DNA from: Octopus sinensis
Taxonomy: Eukaryota
NCBI RefSeq assembly: GCF_006345805.1
Contig: NC_043010.1
Location: 31,744,001-31,808,000 of the forward strand
Direction of reading: 5' to 3'
Length of the DNA stretch: 64,000 nucleotides
The notes below the pieces were generated by a model. It was not told the origin of the DNA. It saw only the letters and a program-made list of their open reading frames with translations, and searched no databases. Both the position numbers and the translations under genes were made by a program. Positions 40,215 through 54,678 of the stretch are shown one piece after another; position 1 is the stretch's first letter; every line of letters begins with the position of its first letter.

Positions 40215-40956
40215 GTGTGTGTATGTATATATGTACATGTATACATATGTGTGTCTGTGTCTGTGTTTGTTCTTCACCACTACTTGACACCCAGTGTTGG
40301 TGTGTTCACATCCCCATAACTGAGCAGTTAAGCAAAATATTCTGATAGAATAAGTACTAGACTTTGAAAATATAAATACTGAGTTTGATTTGTTTGACTA
40401 AAATTCTTCAAGGCAGTGCCCCAGCATGGTGAAAGTCTTATGACTGAAACAAGTAAAAAAAATAGAAGAAAGATATGTATGTGTGTATATATATATATAT
40501 ATATAATATATATATATATAATATTATATATATTATATATATTATATATAACACACACACACACACACACATACACGCATGTATATGTATATGTATACGT
40601 ATATGTATGCACGTATGTATGTATGTATGTAGGTGTGGGTGTGTTGAGGGTGGGTAAGATATGTTGAAAATATTCAAATTTATTCTATAATGAAGTAACT
40701 GATTTTTAACAGATACACACATACACATGCATTCATACAAACGCACACACAAGCACACACTCATACACACATAGACATACATATGTATTTGCAAATACAT
40801 GTGTGTGTAGGAACACATTTTTCCATGGCTGACAAATCTGTTTAGGTTTAAAGTATATATACCTCAGGTTATTCCTGAAATATATAACTCTTCTGAATAT
40901 TGTCTGCTTTTATTAGTTTTAAGGCACCGAATAAAAGTGTGTATGTAAAGATATAG

Positions 40957-41138
<182 letters not shown>

Positions 41139-41639
41139 AAAATAGATGGTGTGAGGGAGAGAGAATGGGAAATAGAAAAAAGAAAATTTCTGAATACACT
41201 GATATTGATGTCTCTATGTGAGTTTATGTATGAGTACATATGTTTGTATTTTAGTTCCTATTCCTTTGCATCAAAGATTTACTCTACTTGCCAGCACAGC
41301 CATAATTTACCCCTAGTTGTGTGCATTAAAATGAAAATGTCTTCTGATTCACTGTTTGTGAGGTTCAGTGGTTAAAAAGTTAATTTCATAACCACATGGA
41401 TCTGTGTTTGATCCCACAGCACAACATCTTGTTGACTAACATCATCATTCTGACACTTGAAAAACCAAAGATCAATTTTGTGTGTTTGCTTCTTGCTCCA
41501 TTTTGACCACAGAAATGGAAAAGCTACTGAGTATGGTATCATACCCACTGGGTATGGTATCCCATTCAGGTTAGGATGAGTGGGTAGTTTTTTTTTATCT
41601 CTCCATCAAGGAATTGAGAATTTGAGAATGTACACAAAT

Positions 41640-41804
41640 AGCGTAGGAGTGACTGTGTGGTAAATAGCTTGCTTACCAACCGCATGGTTCTGGGTTCAGT
41701 TGCACTGCGTGGCACCTTGGGCAAGTGTCTTCTGCTATAGCCTCGGGCTGACCAAAGCCTTGTGAGTGGATTTGGTAGACGGAAACTGAAAGAAGTCCAT
41801 CGTA

Positions 41805-41845
<41 letters not shown>

Positions 41846-41990
41846 AGGAAATGGGGAAATACAAAATAAGAAATACAAAATAATACAAAACATTTATGTA
41901 TTAACCTTGTTGGGTACTTCACTAGCAGTATATTGGATATATGTTATCCCATGGAGGGTTGCATTTACAACCCCTATCTCAATTTGTATA

Positions 41991-42060
<70 letters not shown>

Positions 42061-42490
42061 ATCCAAACATGAAAACACAAAGAGAAAACACAACGCGAAG
42101 ACGTGGAACAAATATAGTATTATTGGACGCTCAGGAAGGAAGGGAAGAAGGAGGGTTTAACGTTTCAAGTGGAGCTCTTTGTCAGAAACATAGAAAAAGG
42201 AAAGATCCAGAGAAGGGAAGACGGAGAAAAAAAAATCGCCAACGGTACACACGTGGTCATGTATGTGTGTGTGTATATGTTTGTATGTCTGTGTTTGTCC
42301 CCTCAACATCGCTTGGCAACCGATGCTGGTGTGTTTACATCCCCGTAACTTAGAGGTTTGGCAAAACAGATCGATAGAATAAGTACTAGGCTTGCAAAGA
42401 ATAAGTCCTGGGGTCGATTTGCTCAAGTAAAGGCGGTGCTCCAGCATGGCCACAGTCAGATGACTGAAACAAGTAAAAGAGTAAAAGAGT
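41640..42490 (+). mobile_element. SINE family B split by insertions into its internal microsatellite
   Basis: Head 41640-41802 and tail ~42260-42490; the intervening ~450 bp includes an HHR-bearing module. Confidence 0.8.
42155..42189 (-). ncRNA. Minimal hammerhead fold, decayed
   Basis: Minus strand gttt-CTGACAA-agagctccactt-GAAA-cg-TT-aaac; palindromic acgt; departures from the canonical fold fit CpG transitions. Confidence 0.6.
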
Positions 42491-42745
42491 AAATACCAAA
42501 TGAAATATTTCATTACACTTCCAATTAACTCTGTGTGTTGGCTGTAAGCAAGTGTCACCATCATGCAAGGCATGTCCTTCATTTTTGATACATATCTGAT
42601 TATTAAAATATATTGCCTTACTTAGCAACAGGTGAATGTTGATGACAGGAAGAGCATCTAGCCAATGAGAATCTACCTCTATGAATTCCATCTGACCCAT
42701 ATGGGCCTTGAAAAGTTGACATTACATTAAACAATGATGATGACA

Positions 42746-43300
<555 letters not shown>

Positions 43301-44427
43301 CCATTTCATGTAATGTATTATATAATGTACTGTTCAGAAATGCAGGCACTATATTATCAAAGGGTTGATACACATAGAAATAGATGGTAAGAAAAACAAA
43401 TAATAGTACAGTCAACAATAGAAAAACAAAAATGTCTGCCTGTTTAATGGTGTAACAATTTAGAAAGTGGGTTTATAGTTGAAAATTCTGACTGAATTTA
43501 TTTGATTCACTAGATAGATTTGATTGGGAAATGTTTCCAGAACTATTTAAAGACTGAGATGTAATAATGTTGTTTTGTGGATGTTCTCTGTATCTGGCAA
43601 TTGAAGCTATTGTTTAGCAGACATTTTGTTCAGAGACTCTTATTCAAATGGCTATTTTGCCTAAATTTTATCTTTTATGTATTTTTATTATTATTCATTA
43701 TCTGCGATCTTTGATACTGCATCAGTTGGAATTACTGAAATTGCTTTTGTCTTTGTGCATCCTGTGATACAACTAGTGAAGTATGGTGTTGGCTCAGATT
43801 GTATGATTACGGTGCATAGTGTGTGATGTGGTGTGTGTGTGTGTGCAGCAGGATGTGATACAGGGTGTTGTAGAACAAGGAATGGATAGACACAGACATA
43901 TTCTTAATACAAAAATACAAACTAACAGGAGAGACTCTACAAGGTCATTTGACCTGCTAGATATTGTTGCCAAATTCTTGCAAATCACGTACTATTGTCT
44001 TACAAAAGTAGTTCTAGATAGACAAAACAAAAAGTCATAACTGGATTACTTTTGGTAAGAGTTAAAACACAAACAGATGTTTAAAAAAATATTTATTTTA
44101 GTTGAGAAGTTAAGGTGTTAATTCTCTGACCACATGATCAAAAGTTCAAATTTCACCATCTTATAGCTTGGGACAACTAAATAAAGCATATAATTTTTTT
44201 TCTATTGTTGTTGGCATCAGGGTAGTTATGATCCAGGAGACATATGATCAAAGATATTCCAGCCATGACCATCCTATTTTTCTCTAGATATTATATTGCA
44301 CTATATTATTGAATGTGCCCTTCATTTTTTAAGAAGGCAGGATGTGGTTTAAAAGGGAATTGGTTACTACTTCATGCAGGTTGACTGACCATGCAGAGGA
44401 CCATTTGTTGCTACATAGTCACTCTTG

Positions 44428-44606
44428 CTACACACTACACTCTCGGAGTGGTTGGCATTAGGAAGGGCATCCAGCTGTAGAAACTATGCCAGATCAATAT
44501 TGAAGCCTGGTGCAGCCATCTGGTTCGCCAGCCCTCAGTCAAATCGTCCAACCCATGCTAGCATGGAAAGCAGACGTTAAACGACAATGATGATGATGAT
44601 GATGAT
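44428..44606 (+). mobile_element. SINE-like family C copy
   Basis: Similarity to 16624-16814. Confidence 0.82.
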
Positions 44607-44669
44607 GGTCACTACAGATAACCTAACCGGACAAGTAGGGAGAGTCCAACACTCTACTTCATAGACGAG

Positions 44670-45052
44670 TGCCAATGGTAGGAAGGAAATTACTGGTGAC
44701 TGATCAGTAGGAGGAGGAACACAAGAATATACTGATCAGTAGTAGGAAAAGTATTAAAAGTGATTGATCAGTGGTAGGAGGGGCATTACAGTTGAATGGT
44801 AAACAATAGGGGAGACTTTAAATGTGAGTGGTCAGTTGTAGGAAGGACATTAAAGGTGATTCCTCAGTGGTAGGAAGAGCATCAGATGTGAGTGGTCACT
44901 TGTAGGAGGGATATTAGATGCAATTGGTCAGTGGTAAGAGCAGCATTGGAAGTGAGTGGTCAGTGGCAGGAGGAATATTACAGGTAAGTGGTCAGTGACT
45001 AGACAGTGATTGGACAGTGGTAGGAGGAATATTACAGGTAAGCGGTCAGTGC
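44670..45052. repeat. Degenerate ~37-bp minisatellite
   Basis: About ten units resembling gtggtcagtggtaggaggaatattacaggtaa. Confidence 0.75.
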
Positions 45053-45279
45053 ATCTGATGGAATTTTATTCAATTGGGTGGCTTATTACAACACCAGTGA
45101 TTGTCCAACCATTGTATTCTTACATCAGCAGTGAAGAATTTTCACTTAGCATGCAGTTGGTACTGATATATCTGTGTCTTTAAACACAGCACACATCCAT
45201 AAGAGATATTGCCTCTGGATGAATACTGCAGTAAATTTGCTTCTTCCTCATGATGTATTGATATTAAGCATGGACACAT

Positions 45280-45355
<76 letters not shown>

Positions 45356-45559
45356 ACACACGCATGCACACACACACATGCACACACTCACACACATATG
45401 CATACATACACACACATAGTATGAATGAGTTGGAGAAGGTTTTGGATACTACCACTCCTAGTAACAAAAATATTTTCCCTCTGAATGAAGAGCAGATTGA
45501 AAGATTGCATTATGTTTGTGTTAGAACCATAATGCTGCATAATAATGTAGTGAGACATG

Positions 45560-45930
45560 GATTTTGAATGCAGAGGATTTGAGAAAACTGGGGAGAAATG
45601 AAGCAAGCATGCTCCATTGGATGTGCAATGTAAGTGTGCATGAATGATATAGTACAAATGTGCTGAGAGGTAAACTGGACATAAAAGGAATCGGATGCAG
45701 TGTACAAGGATAAAAACTGAGCTGGTGTGGACATGTGTGATGCATATGGATGAGAACAGTTGTATAAAGAAGAGGTGATAACTTAATTTGGATGCAGCTT
45801 GTAGAAGAAGAAGATCCAGAAAGACATGAAACAAAGTGGTGAAGGCTAATCTCAGGATCTTGAATTTCACAGAGGAGATAAAAAATGACTGGTGATAAGT
45901 GATTCTTGAGAAGACTTCCCAACATTGGCA
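45560..45930 (+). mobile_element. RTE-clade LINE 3' remnant
   Basis: LHWMCNVS..KLSWCGHV..RRRSRKT, resembling the RTE C-terminal LRWxGHV and GRPRKTW motifs. Confidence 0.55.
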
Positions 45931-45979
45931 AAACTGAGTTCTGGTAGTACTGTATATATATATATATATATATATATAC

Positions 45980-46170
45980 ATGAATCTTACAGAAAAACAA
46001 AAGACAAAGACAGGTGTATGAATAACAAGCAGGTGTATTAGTTTGACGCTTGAAGAAGTGAAGAAGTCTTTCTATGTTTCTAGCCTACACTCTTCAATAG
46101 AAAGGAATAAGAGAAAATAAACAGAGAGACAATAAAAAAAACTTGTGGATTTAGCAGTCAAGCATGGCGA
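45980..46170 (-). mobile_element. PLE terminal module with hammerhead-like motif at 46066-46105
   Basis: Reverse-complement homolog of 25700-25850; cttt-CTATTGA-agagtgtaggcta-GAAA-ca-TA-gaaag. Confidence 0.65.
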
Positions 46171-46759
46171 TTGGTTGGGAAAAAAAAGGTTTGACAGGAC
46201 AGGTAGAAAGAAGGGGAGATAATAAAGTATTGGTGATCCCAAAACGAAGGTAGGTGTGTGTGTATGTGAGAATGTGTAAGTGTGTGTTGATAGGGGATAG
46301 TGACTTTGATGTGTGTGTAAGTGTGTGTGTCTAATGTGTAGATGATGGTGTGTGGGTGTACATATATATATATATATGTGCACAACTGGGCCCTTCACCC
46401 AATTTTTTTTCCTCCTCAAGACACCCCATTACCCATCTTCTCCATAACTGCAGCTCTTCTTTGATACATCTTACTTTCTTACTACCCAGAACCATTTGGC
46501 AAGATATACTTCTTTCATCCCTTTATACTATTTTCTCCATCCACACTTTATATTAATCACCCTCCCCCATCTGAGATACCAAATTATGGCTCTTCCTCTC
46601 ACCCTTCTCATACAATATGCTTATCTCTCTCTTTCCCATCCACTCCTCCAACACCATGTCATCCTTTCTGTCCTTCTCTTGTCTTCTGTACCATCGTTAC
46701 TATTCTTCTGCTCTGTACTATCAGTCATCTCATAGCCCCCCTTCTTTCCCTTGCATTGT

Positions 46760-47091
46760 TGGTCCCTGAATAAGGGTTCTTTAAGGATGTTGAACAAAAC
46801 ACCCATGTTTCCAAAGGTGAATTATTCAAACCCCCAAAGAATCCCCCTCAACACATGGCTATGATGCTCCCCCATTACTTCTGCTCATGATCAGAGATGC
46901 ACATATCGTCAGCCACTAAGGGACATGCTCAACTGGTTAAGGTCAAACAACTGTCAAGCAAATCTGTGGTATTGAGCAGAATATTTGCTGTAGCCCATCT
47001 TTTATACCAAGGCAAAACAATGTACATGATAACACTTCCAATCAGTTAAGATCAGAAGCCATGAAAGCCACTGCCTGGTACTGCATCAGGG

Positions 47092-47134
<43 letters not shown>

Positions 47135-47690
47135 GAGTGAGAGAGCAGTTCATGCAATCAAAGTGACACTGGGGTAAAATATATGAAGTCCAATATACCC
47201 ATCATGACTACCCGTCTGATAAGGGTACACCAGGCACATGCATCACAACCATATGTGCGCGACATTGTGATCTCATATCAAGATAAACAGCACATGACCT
47301 TGCAGGTGGGGCCCAGTTAGAATTTTCTTCAGGTTGAGTAGCCCATCCCGCTCAAAAGGTCCCTGAATAAGGGTTGTTTAAGGATGTTGAAAGAACCACC
47401 CATGTTTCCAAAGGTGAATTATTCAAACCCCAAAGAATCCCTCTCAACACATGGCTATGATGCTCCCCCACTACTTCTGCTCATGATCAGAGATGCACAT
47501 ATCGTCAGCCACTAAGGTACATGCTCAACTGGTTAAGGTCAAACAACTGACAAGCAAATCTGTGGTATTGAGCAGAATATTTGCTGTAGCCCATCTTTTA
47601 TACCAAGGCAAAACAATGTACATGATAACACTTCCAATCAGTTAAAGATCAGAAGCCATGAGAGCCACTGCCTGGTACTGCATCAGGGCA
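46760..47690. mobile_element. Partial tandem of a ~555-bp element embedded in (ATT)n
   Basis: 46760-47093 is nearly identical to 47357-47690; each copy is followed by (ATT)n. Confidence 0.85.
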
Positions 47691-47703
47691 TTTATTATTA
47701 TTA

Positions 47704-47754
<51 letters not shown>

Positions 47755-47799
47755 CATCATCATCATCATCATTTAACGTCCATTTACCATGTTTCGATG

Positions 47800-47913
47800 A
47801 TTCTGGGTTCAGTCCCACTGTGTGATACCTTGGGCAAGTGTCTTCTACTATAGCTTCAGGCCGACCAATTCCTTGTGAGTGGATTTGGCAGATGGAAACT
47901 GAAAGAAACCCAT

Positions 47914-47946
<33 letters not shown>

Positions 47947-48108
47947 ATGTTTGTGCATCTGTGTTTGTTCCCTCACCGTCGCTTGATGACTGATAGAATA
48001 AGTACTAGGCTTACAATGAATTAGTCCTGGGATCGATTTGATTGACTAAAGGCAGTTCTCCTGCATTGCCGCAGTCAGATGACTGAAACAAGTTAAAGAG
48101 CAAAAGAG
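47800..48108 (+). mobile_element. SINE family B copy (5'-clipped)
   Basis: Similarity to family B. Confidence 0.8.
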
Positions 48109-48257
48109 TATATAATATATATATATATATGTGTGTGTGTGTGTATGTATGTATGTATATATACATAAATCTATAGATAGATAGCGAGATAGGTAGATAC
48201 ATGCAAACAAACATACATCCAATCATGCATGCATACATACATAGATACATACATACA

Positions 48258-48288
<31 letters not shown>

Positions 48289-48477
48289 TGATTTGTATCC
48301 AAACATATACAGCAGCACACACACATATGTATTAGGTAGATATACGCATTGTTAGAGTGAAATAAAGAGGTGAGAGATGAAGAGAAGATGCATAGTTATA
48401 TTCGACATTCTCATTACCATCACCAACATCAACACTGCCAAAAAACTATTCCCATCATCATTACCACTTCCCCTACA

Positions 48478-48577
48478 ACCACCACCACCACCACCACCAC
48501 CACCACCACCACCACCACCACCACCACCACCACCACCACCGCCACCACCACCACCACCGCCATCACCACCGCCACCA
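48478..48577. repeat. (ACC)n microsatellite
   Basis: Direct reading; source of the poly-T, poly-P and poly-V ORFs. Confidence 0.95.
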
Positions 48578-49139
48578 TTTCATTTATCAATTGTTTCTGC
48601 AAGTCAGCCATATTGGATTCATTTTGTGTCATTGTTGTCATCACAAGGATTCACTATGTTATTCTTGTCACAAAATTTTTGCTGCATACACACACTCTAT
48701 ACACAAGCTCATATGTATATATTATTTATACAAACTTATACATTCAGATAGACACATGCATGTGCGCGCACACATATATCTCCAGCTTCCTAAATACTCT
48801 TATATACACAGAAAATTTATTCAAAGATTTCTTTTATTTTGTCTATTCCACTTATTTGATACTCACTTCCTATTCGATTTTTCTTTCTATCTATAATACT
48901 TAAACTGATGCATAGTACACTTAACCTATAGCAATTTCAGTATCCAATGCACATATATATAAATTATTATACATATACACTTCATACACTCATATTTATA
49001 TAAACACATGGTAGTATGGTAATATATATGATGTATGTTTAATACTTTTACTGTTGCCTGTAGGCAAACTAAGGCGATTGTGACTATATACCATTAAATG
49101 AGAAATAGTTATTTGAAACATCTTGAAATAATCCTTCCT

Positions 49140-49856
49140 GTACAAAACACCACACCCAATTTTCCATTCCTGAACGTCATTCCTCTGCAGGTCTCTCCTT
49201 GCTCATGGAAGTCCAGAGGTGCTAAATCTGGCGAATAGGGTGGGTGTAGAAGTGATACCATGTTGTATTTCGCAAGAAACTCACAAATGAAGAGAACTTG
49301 GTGACAGGGTGCATTGTCATTGTGAAGAATCCAATTTTTTGCCCTTCACAGGTCTGGTTGCTTTCACCAAATGTCTTCCCTCAAATGCTTCAAAACATCG
49401 TTGATTCTTCTCCAATGATCCTCATGCGCAAGCTGATAAATTTTCTCCACATTTCTGGGGGTGATGCTCATGGCAGGTCTTCGACATTGCTCATCATCTT
49501 CCAGGGACATTCTTCCGCATTTGAGGTACATGTGCCACTTGAAACGTTGTGTACGACCCATTGCCTCATTGCTGCAAGTTTGCTGAAGTATGCTCAATGT
49601 TTCTGTAGCAGTTTAACTCAGAATTTCACGTTGGCTCTTTGTTCCAACTTCCTGTCCATGACAAAAATCACAGACTACAGCATGCATGTGATCCCCAAAA
49701 TACAAATTTCACAACTTGCAAAGTAAACACAGGGATGTCACTTGGCACACTGGCTCACGAAGGTCATTGCTAGCTGTCACTGCACACGCAACCATGTGCT
49801 GCGATCTGTTCGTGTGCTACAGAACTAGTCGGGGAACTTTTTGATACCATCTCATA
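49140..49856 (-). mobile_element. Internally deleted mariner remnant
   Basis: TIR-like end tatgagatggtatcaaaaagttcccc; GRMSLEDDEQCRRP; HNDNAPCH and HPPYSPDLAP motifs. Confidence 0.88.
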
Positions 49857-50099
49857 CGTACTTTTTAAACCTTTATGCTCATTAGTACTCAGCTGTATAT
49901 GAGATGACAAGGATTTTCTCAAATGCCTCCCACCCACTGTCTCAGAAGGAACTAATCTTTAAGTTTCGTTTTAAGCAAACTTTATACTAATATACTTCAC
50001 ACTTTATGCCTGGAAGCAACCAATCAAAAACCGGGTAGGGAAACATAGAGGGAATATAAACAAATGCTTCAAAATGGATTTCGTTACCAAAGACACACA

Positions 50100-50525
50100 C
50101 CTGATACTACAGAAGAATACCTTTAGCTTTGCTGGTAAAATATATCAACAAATAAAGGACTCAGTTATGGGAACAAAATTTGCACTTACATTCTTCATAT
50201 GCTAATGTAGTGATGGGATATTTAGAAGAGAAATTATACAAGGGAGTAGAGAAAACTTTTATTTTTTGAGAGAAATCAAATGATCTACAAATATTCAATA
50301 ACATTTTGAACACCCTTCATCCATCTATTAAATTCATGACAGAAACCAGCCATAATAATTTACCTTCTTAGACATTCATGTAAAAATACACAAATTCACA
50401 ATGGATATTTATTACAAAACAAAAAACAGACACATCAATATTTGAACTTTTACTCTCGTCAACCTTCACACATCAAATGGAATATTCAATATAGAATGAC
50501 AAGATGTATTTGTTCAATAGTTGTT
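50100..50525 (+). mobile_element. PLE reverse-transcriptase fragment
   Basis: FSFAGKIYQQ..VMGTKFA, YANVVMGYLE, LHPSIKF, DIYYK, QYLNF. Confidence 0.8.
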
Positions 50526-51346
50526 GCCCAAGTGCTCAAAGTCATCTGTCCTAATGGTCTACCTTACATGAATGTCTGAGGCTGTCTGCCTAGTGAGTTA
50601 GGTTCTAAATTGTTTTTGAAAGGTAAAAAGGGGGCAAATTTTACATCATCTGAGAAGCTACATCATGTCACTGCTTCACACTGATGGGTTGATAGACCCT
50701 TGGTTGATTTATAGACCCTTCAAATAAGAGGTTATAGCATTGAGGAAGGTGGCTATATGCCAGATGATGTATGTTTAAAGTATGAAATAGGGACAGAAAC
50801 TGACGTCTTCCTGTAGGGGAGATATATGATGACACCAGTTGGAAAAGGGAGATGGTGGTGAAAATGTGTCAGTGCATACCTTCAAGTTACAAGAAGGTAA
50901 ATATAAAAGAAGTGATACCGATTGGACAGAGCAAGTGGATGGGTAAGTTGATAACAGGGTGGAAGGAGAACAACGGATAAATAGAGAAGAATTCAGTGAG
51001 TGGTGAATATGGATAATGGTATAGTCAATTGTGAATATCAGTTGGAGGGGAAGAGGAAGGAAGTAAGAGTGAGTCAGTGAGGTAATAGGTGGCAGCACAG
51101 ATGATGTGAAATGAGAAGTACAGTGCCAGAGACAAATTCAATGGTAAATAAGGATGGAAATAATGAGAGACAAAAGATGTGTGGGAAGAAGAGAGCTGCC
51201 TTTGGCAAGATTAAGAAGTGTGGTGACTATACCATTATCCATATTCAGTGGAAAATAAGGTAGCAAGGGATGACACTAAGTAGGGCCTCAACACATGTGT
51301 AGGAATACATATATGTGCTTTTATTACATTCACTAATACTTATGTA

Positions 51347-51731
51347 CTTGTACTTGTACTTGTGGTGACATTCACCCTGGGTGGGTTGAGTCGGCTTCTT
51401 CTACCACCCTCGAGGCAATGGAAGAAGTTTCGTGGGAATATGTGGATTACACAAGTGGTCCCCAACAATTCCGCATGTAGAGACATCCTGTTTGCCGCAG
51501 ATTGTCCGTAGACGCAGGGACAGAACGACCGAGGAGCTGCCGGTTGCCGAAACAGACACTCCGAAGATTTTCACCAGAGCCCCGTCTGCTGGGTTGTGGC
51601 CCTAATACCACTCAGTGTCAGACCAATCTGCCCTACCAGGAACGGAAGTTCCTGATGGCATAGCTCTGACACTACCCGTTGCCAGCATCCTCATCACGGT
51701 GAGGAGGGGATGGACTTTGGGGACGCAAAGT
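51347..51731 (-). mobile_element. Complete short non-autonomous retroposon with RTE-like 5' UTR and (CAAGTA)n tail
   Basis: 10-bp TSD tacttatgta at 51337-51346 and 51732-51741; shares agagctatgc..tcctggtagggc with the RTE 5' UTR at ~63035-63071. Confidence 0.75.
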
Positions 51732-51939
51732 TACTTATGTAACCACCATTTACTTTAAAGTTGAACAAGGTGTCCACGTATCCATCACCTGGCAACATAC
51801 CAGAATATTCTCAACCTTAGAAATATGATTCTGTAGGGAAGTTTGAATTACTGGATCTGTCATTAACTTGGCTCTAGCTTAATTAGTGTTACTTGATTTG
51901 TAAATGAGCACACACATGCACATATATACATAACATTTA

Positions 51940-52322
51940 TTTTTTACTTGTTTCAACCATTAAACAGTGGTCATGATGGGGCACTGCCTTGAAGATTGAC
52001 CTCAAGACTTATTTCTTCTTAAGCCTTCTACTTATTGTATTGATCTCTTTTGCCAAACTGCTAAGTTACAGGTACATAAATACACCAACACTGCTTGTGA
52101 AGTGGAGGTGAGGGACAAACACAAATACAAAAACATAAACATACATACATATATATATTTATGATGGACTTCTTTCAGTTTCCATCTACCAAATCTACTC
52201 ACAAGGCTTTGATCAGCTCAAGTCTACAGTAGAAGACACTTGCCTAAGGTGCTACACAGTGGGACTGAACCTAGAACTAAGTGGTTGGGAAGTAAACGGC
52301 TTGCCACAAAGCTATGCCTGCA
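51940..52322 (-). mobile_element. SINE family B copy (old)
   Basis: Similarity to family B with many transitions. Confidence 0.8.
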
Positions 52323-52339
52323 CATATATAATACATTAT

Positions 52340-52725
52340 CATCATCATCATTTAACATCCGTTTTCTATGCTGGCATGGGTTGGATGGTTTCTCAGGAGC
52401 TGGCCATCCGGAGAACTGCCCAGGCACTATCTGTCTGTTTTGGCATAGTTTCTATGACTGGATGTTCTTCCTAACACCAGCTACATTACAGAGTGTACTG
52501 GCTGCTTTTCATGTGACGCTGGCACTGGTGCTTAATACATGGCACCAGCACAGGTGATTTATACATAGCGCCAGTATGGGTGCATTATATGTGGCACAAT
52601 CACAGGTGTTTTTTACGCGGCACTGACATCGGTGCTTTTCTATGTGGCACCAGCATAGGTGACAATGAAACAAGTGTTTTTCACGTGACACTAAAAAAGG
52701 TGCTTTTTATGTGGCATCAGCACTC
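52340..52725 (-). mobile_element. SINE-like family C copy with upstream repeated motif
   Basis: catcatttaacatccgttttc..; repeated ggtgcttttt..gtggcac units. Confidence 0.7.
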
Positions 52726-52910
52726 ATGAATTTACAAGACAGGATCTCTCAGTTGAAAGAAGGAGTGAGGGCACATGGCTGTAAAGGACATGCAGTTTTG
52801 TATGAATGGCTGTAATTTTACTCAGTCCTTTGTCATCTCTTCAGTGAGGCCCAACACCTGAAAATCTTATACAATATATATATACATGAATACATGGATA
52901 CACAGCTTCA

Positions 52911-52968
<58 letters not shown>

Positions 52969-53399
52969 GTGTTTATAAATATGTGTATATAAATACATAT
53001 AATTAATTGATAGTGCTCTATACAGCAAATTTGGTGAATGTGCATATACTGATAATGTGATTTCATAGTTAATTAATTTCTACTAAAGGATAGATAAAAA
53101 CCTAAGGTGTAAACAATGTTTACTTTTTACAGTAAAAACAAAATGGTATACTTTACAGTTCAAATTATCTAAAAATGCTGAATGGTACACAATGAACAAA
53201 GCTGAGATACCGGCCTGTAATTGTGCTTAGATACCAGCCATTTATCGAAGCCCTTCAAGAAATTCTATCCTGTCATTAACCTTTTTGTTACCGTGTTTCC
53301 ATTAAGATATGCTGTTTTTGTTTGAATAAATTTCAAAAATAAAGAAGAATTTAGTAATGTAATTTTTTCCTTATCAAACTGGTGATTGGAACACAAATT

Positions 53400-53838
53400 G
53401 AGCACAGGTATGTCTGTGTGGTAAGAATCTTGTTTTCTGATCACATAGTTCCTGTTTCAGTCCTATAGCATAGTACCTTGGGCAAGTGACTTCTACTATA
53501 ACCTCAGGCCAACCAAAGCCTTGTGAATGGATTTGGTAGATGGAAAATGAGATAAACCCATTGTACATATATGTTCATGTGTGTGAGTGTGTGTATGTGT
53601 GTGTATGTGTGTGTATGTGTGTGTGTGTATGTGTGTGTGTGTTTGTGTTTGTATCATCACCATCATGAAACAACTAGTGCTGGTGTGTTTGTATCCCCAT
53701 AAGTTAGCAGTTAGAGACCAACAGAATAAGGACTAGGCTTAAAAATAAGTCCTAGGGTCATTTGTTTCATTAAAACCCTTCAAGGTGGTGCTCCAGCATG
53801 GCCCCAGTCAAATGAAAGAAACAAGTAAAATACAAAAG
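53400..53838 (+). mobile_element. SINE family B copy (old)
   Basis: Similarity to family B. Confidence 0.82.
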
Positions 53839-54642
53839 AAATCGGTGGAAAATTTTATCTTAGATCACTTTAGGTCAGTGAATTTGTATCATTGAACTAG
53901 CGGTGGGTGTCTGAGATGGATTGGTATCAAAAAAGTTAAGTTGTTCTTGGTACAAAACTTTGGATGATCTGGTAATATCTTCTTAGAAAAGTTCATTTAT
54001 AGTCATTCCTTTTTCTTTTTCCTTTCTAGCATATTACAATTACAACCACAGCAACAATAAAGAAAAACAATTGCAGAAGTAAGAGCACGTGTAACAAGAG
54101 TAATCCTGACTTAAGTAGTAACAAAAGCAGCAACTGCAGCAGCAACACAACTGTAATGGCAGTTGCAACAACTATGGCAATATGTACAGTAGTAGCAGCA
54201 CCAAGGGCATCAATAATAATTAGAACAATTACAGTAATTACAACAGCAACAACATCTATGACAATAATAGCAGCTGTAACGACTACAGCACTAATTCTAA
54301 AATGAAGAACTTGAAATTTCAAGATACATTTGTTCTATTTTAATATCTATTAAATATCCACCCTGTTTATAGTTAGCGATTAACAGGGTGTTACTGATGG
54401 TAGTGGGTGCAAGGGAGAAAAGATAACAGTCGATGTGAGGTGGTTGTGGTGATGGTGGTAATTCCTTGTCAAAAGGGAATACTGATCCGAGTGTATAACA
54501 AAAGTTTGATGTGTATTTGGGTGGAGAGGTGAGCACCCAATTTGCTATGTGTGTGTATAATTATATATGTATGTTTGTGAGTTTGAGTGTATATATATTG
54601 CTTGAGTGTGTGTGTGTATGTGTGCATGTGTGTGTGGGTGTG

Positions 54643-54678
<36 letters not shown>

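Noticed and set aside
44670-45052. CRISPR-like array
   Set aside because: Degenerate tandem units without unique spacers, no cas genes, eukaryotic context.
48370-48903. Poly-T / poly-P ORFs (mucin- or formin-like)
   Set aside because: (ACC)n microsatellite with non-coding flanks.
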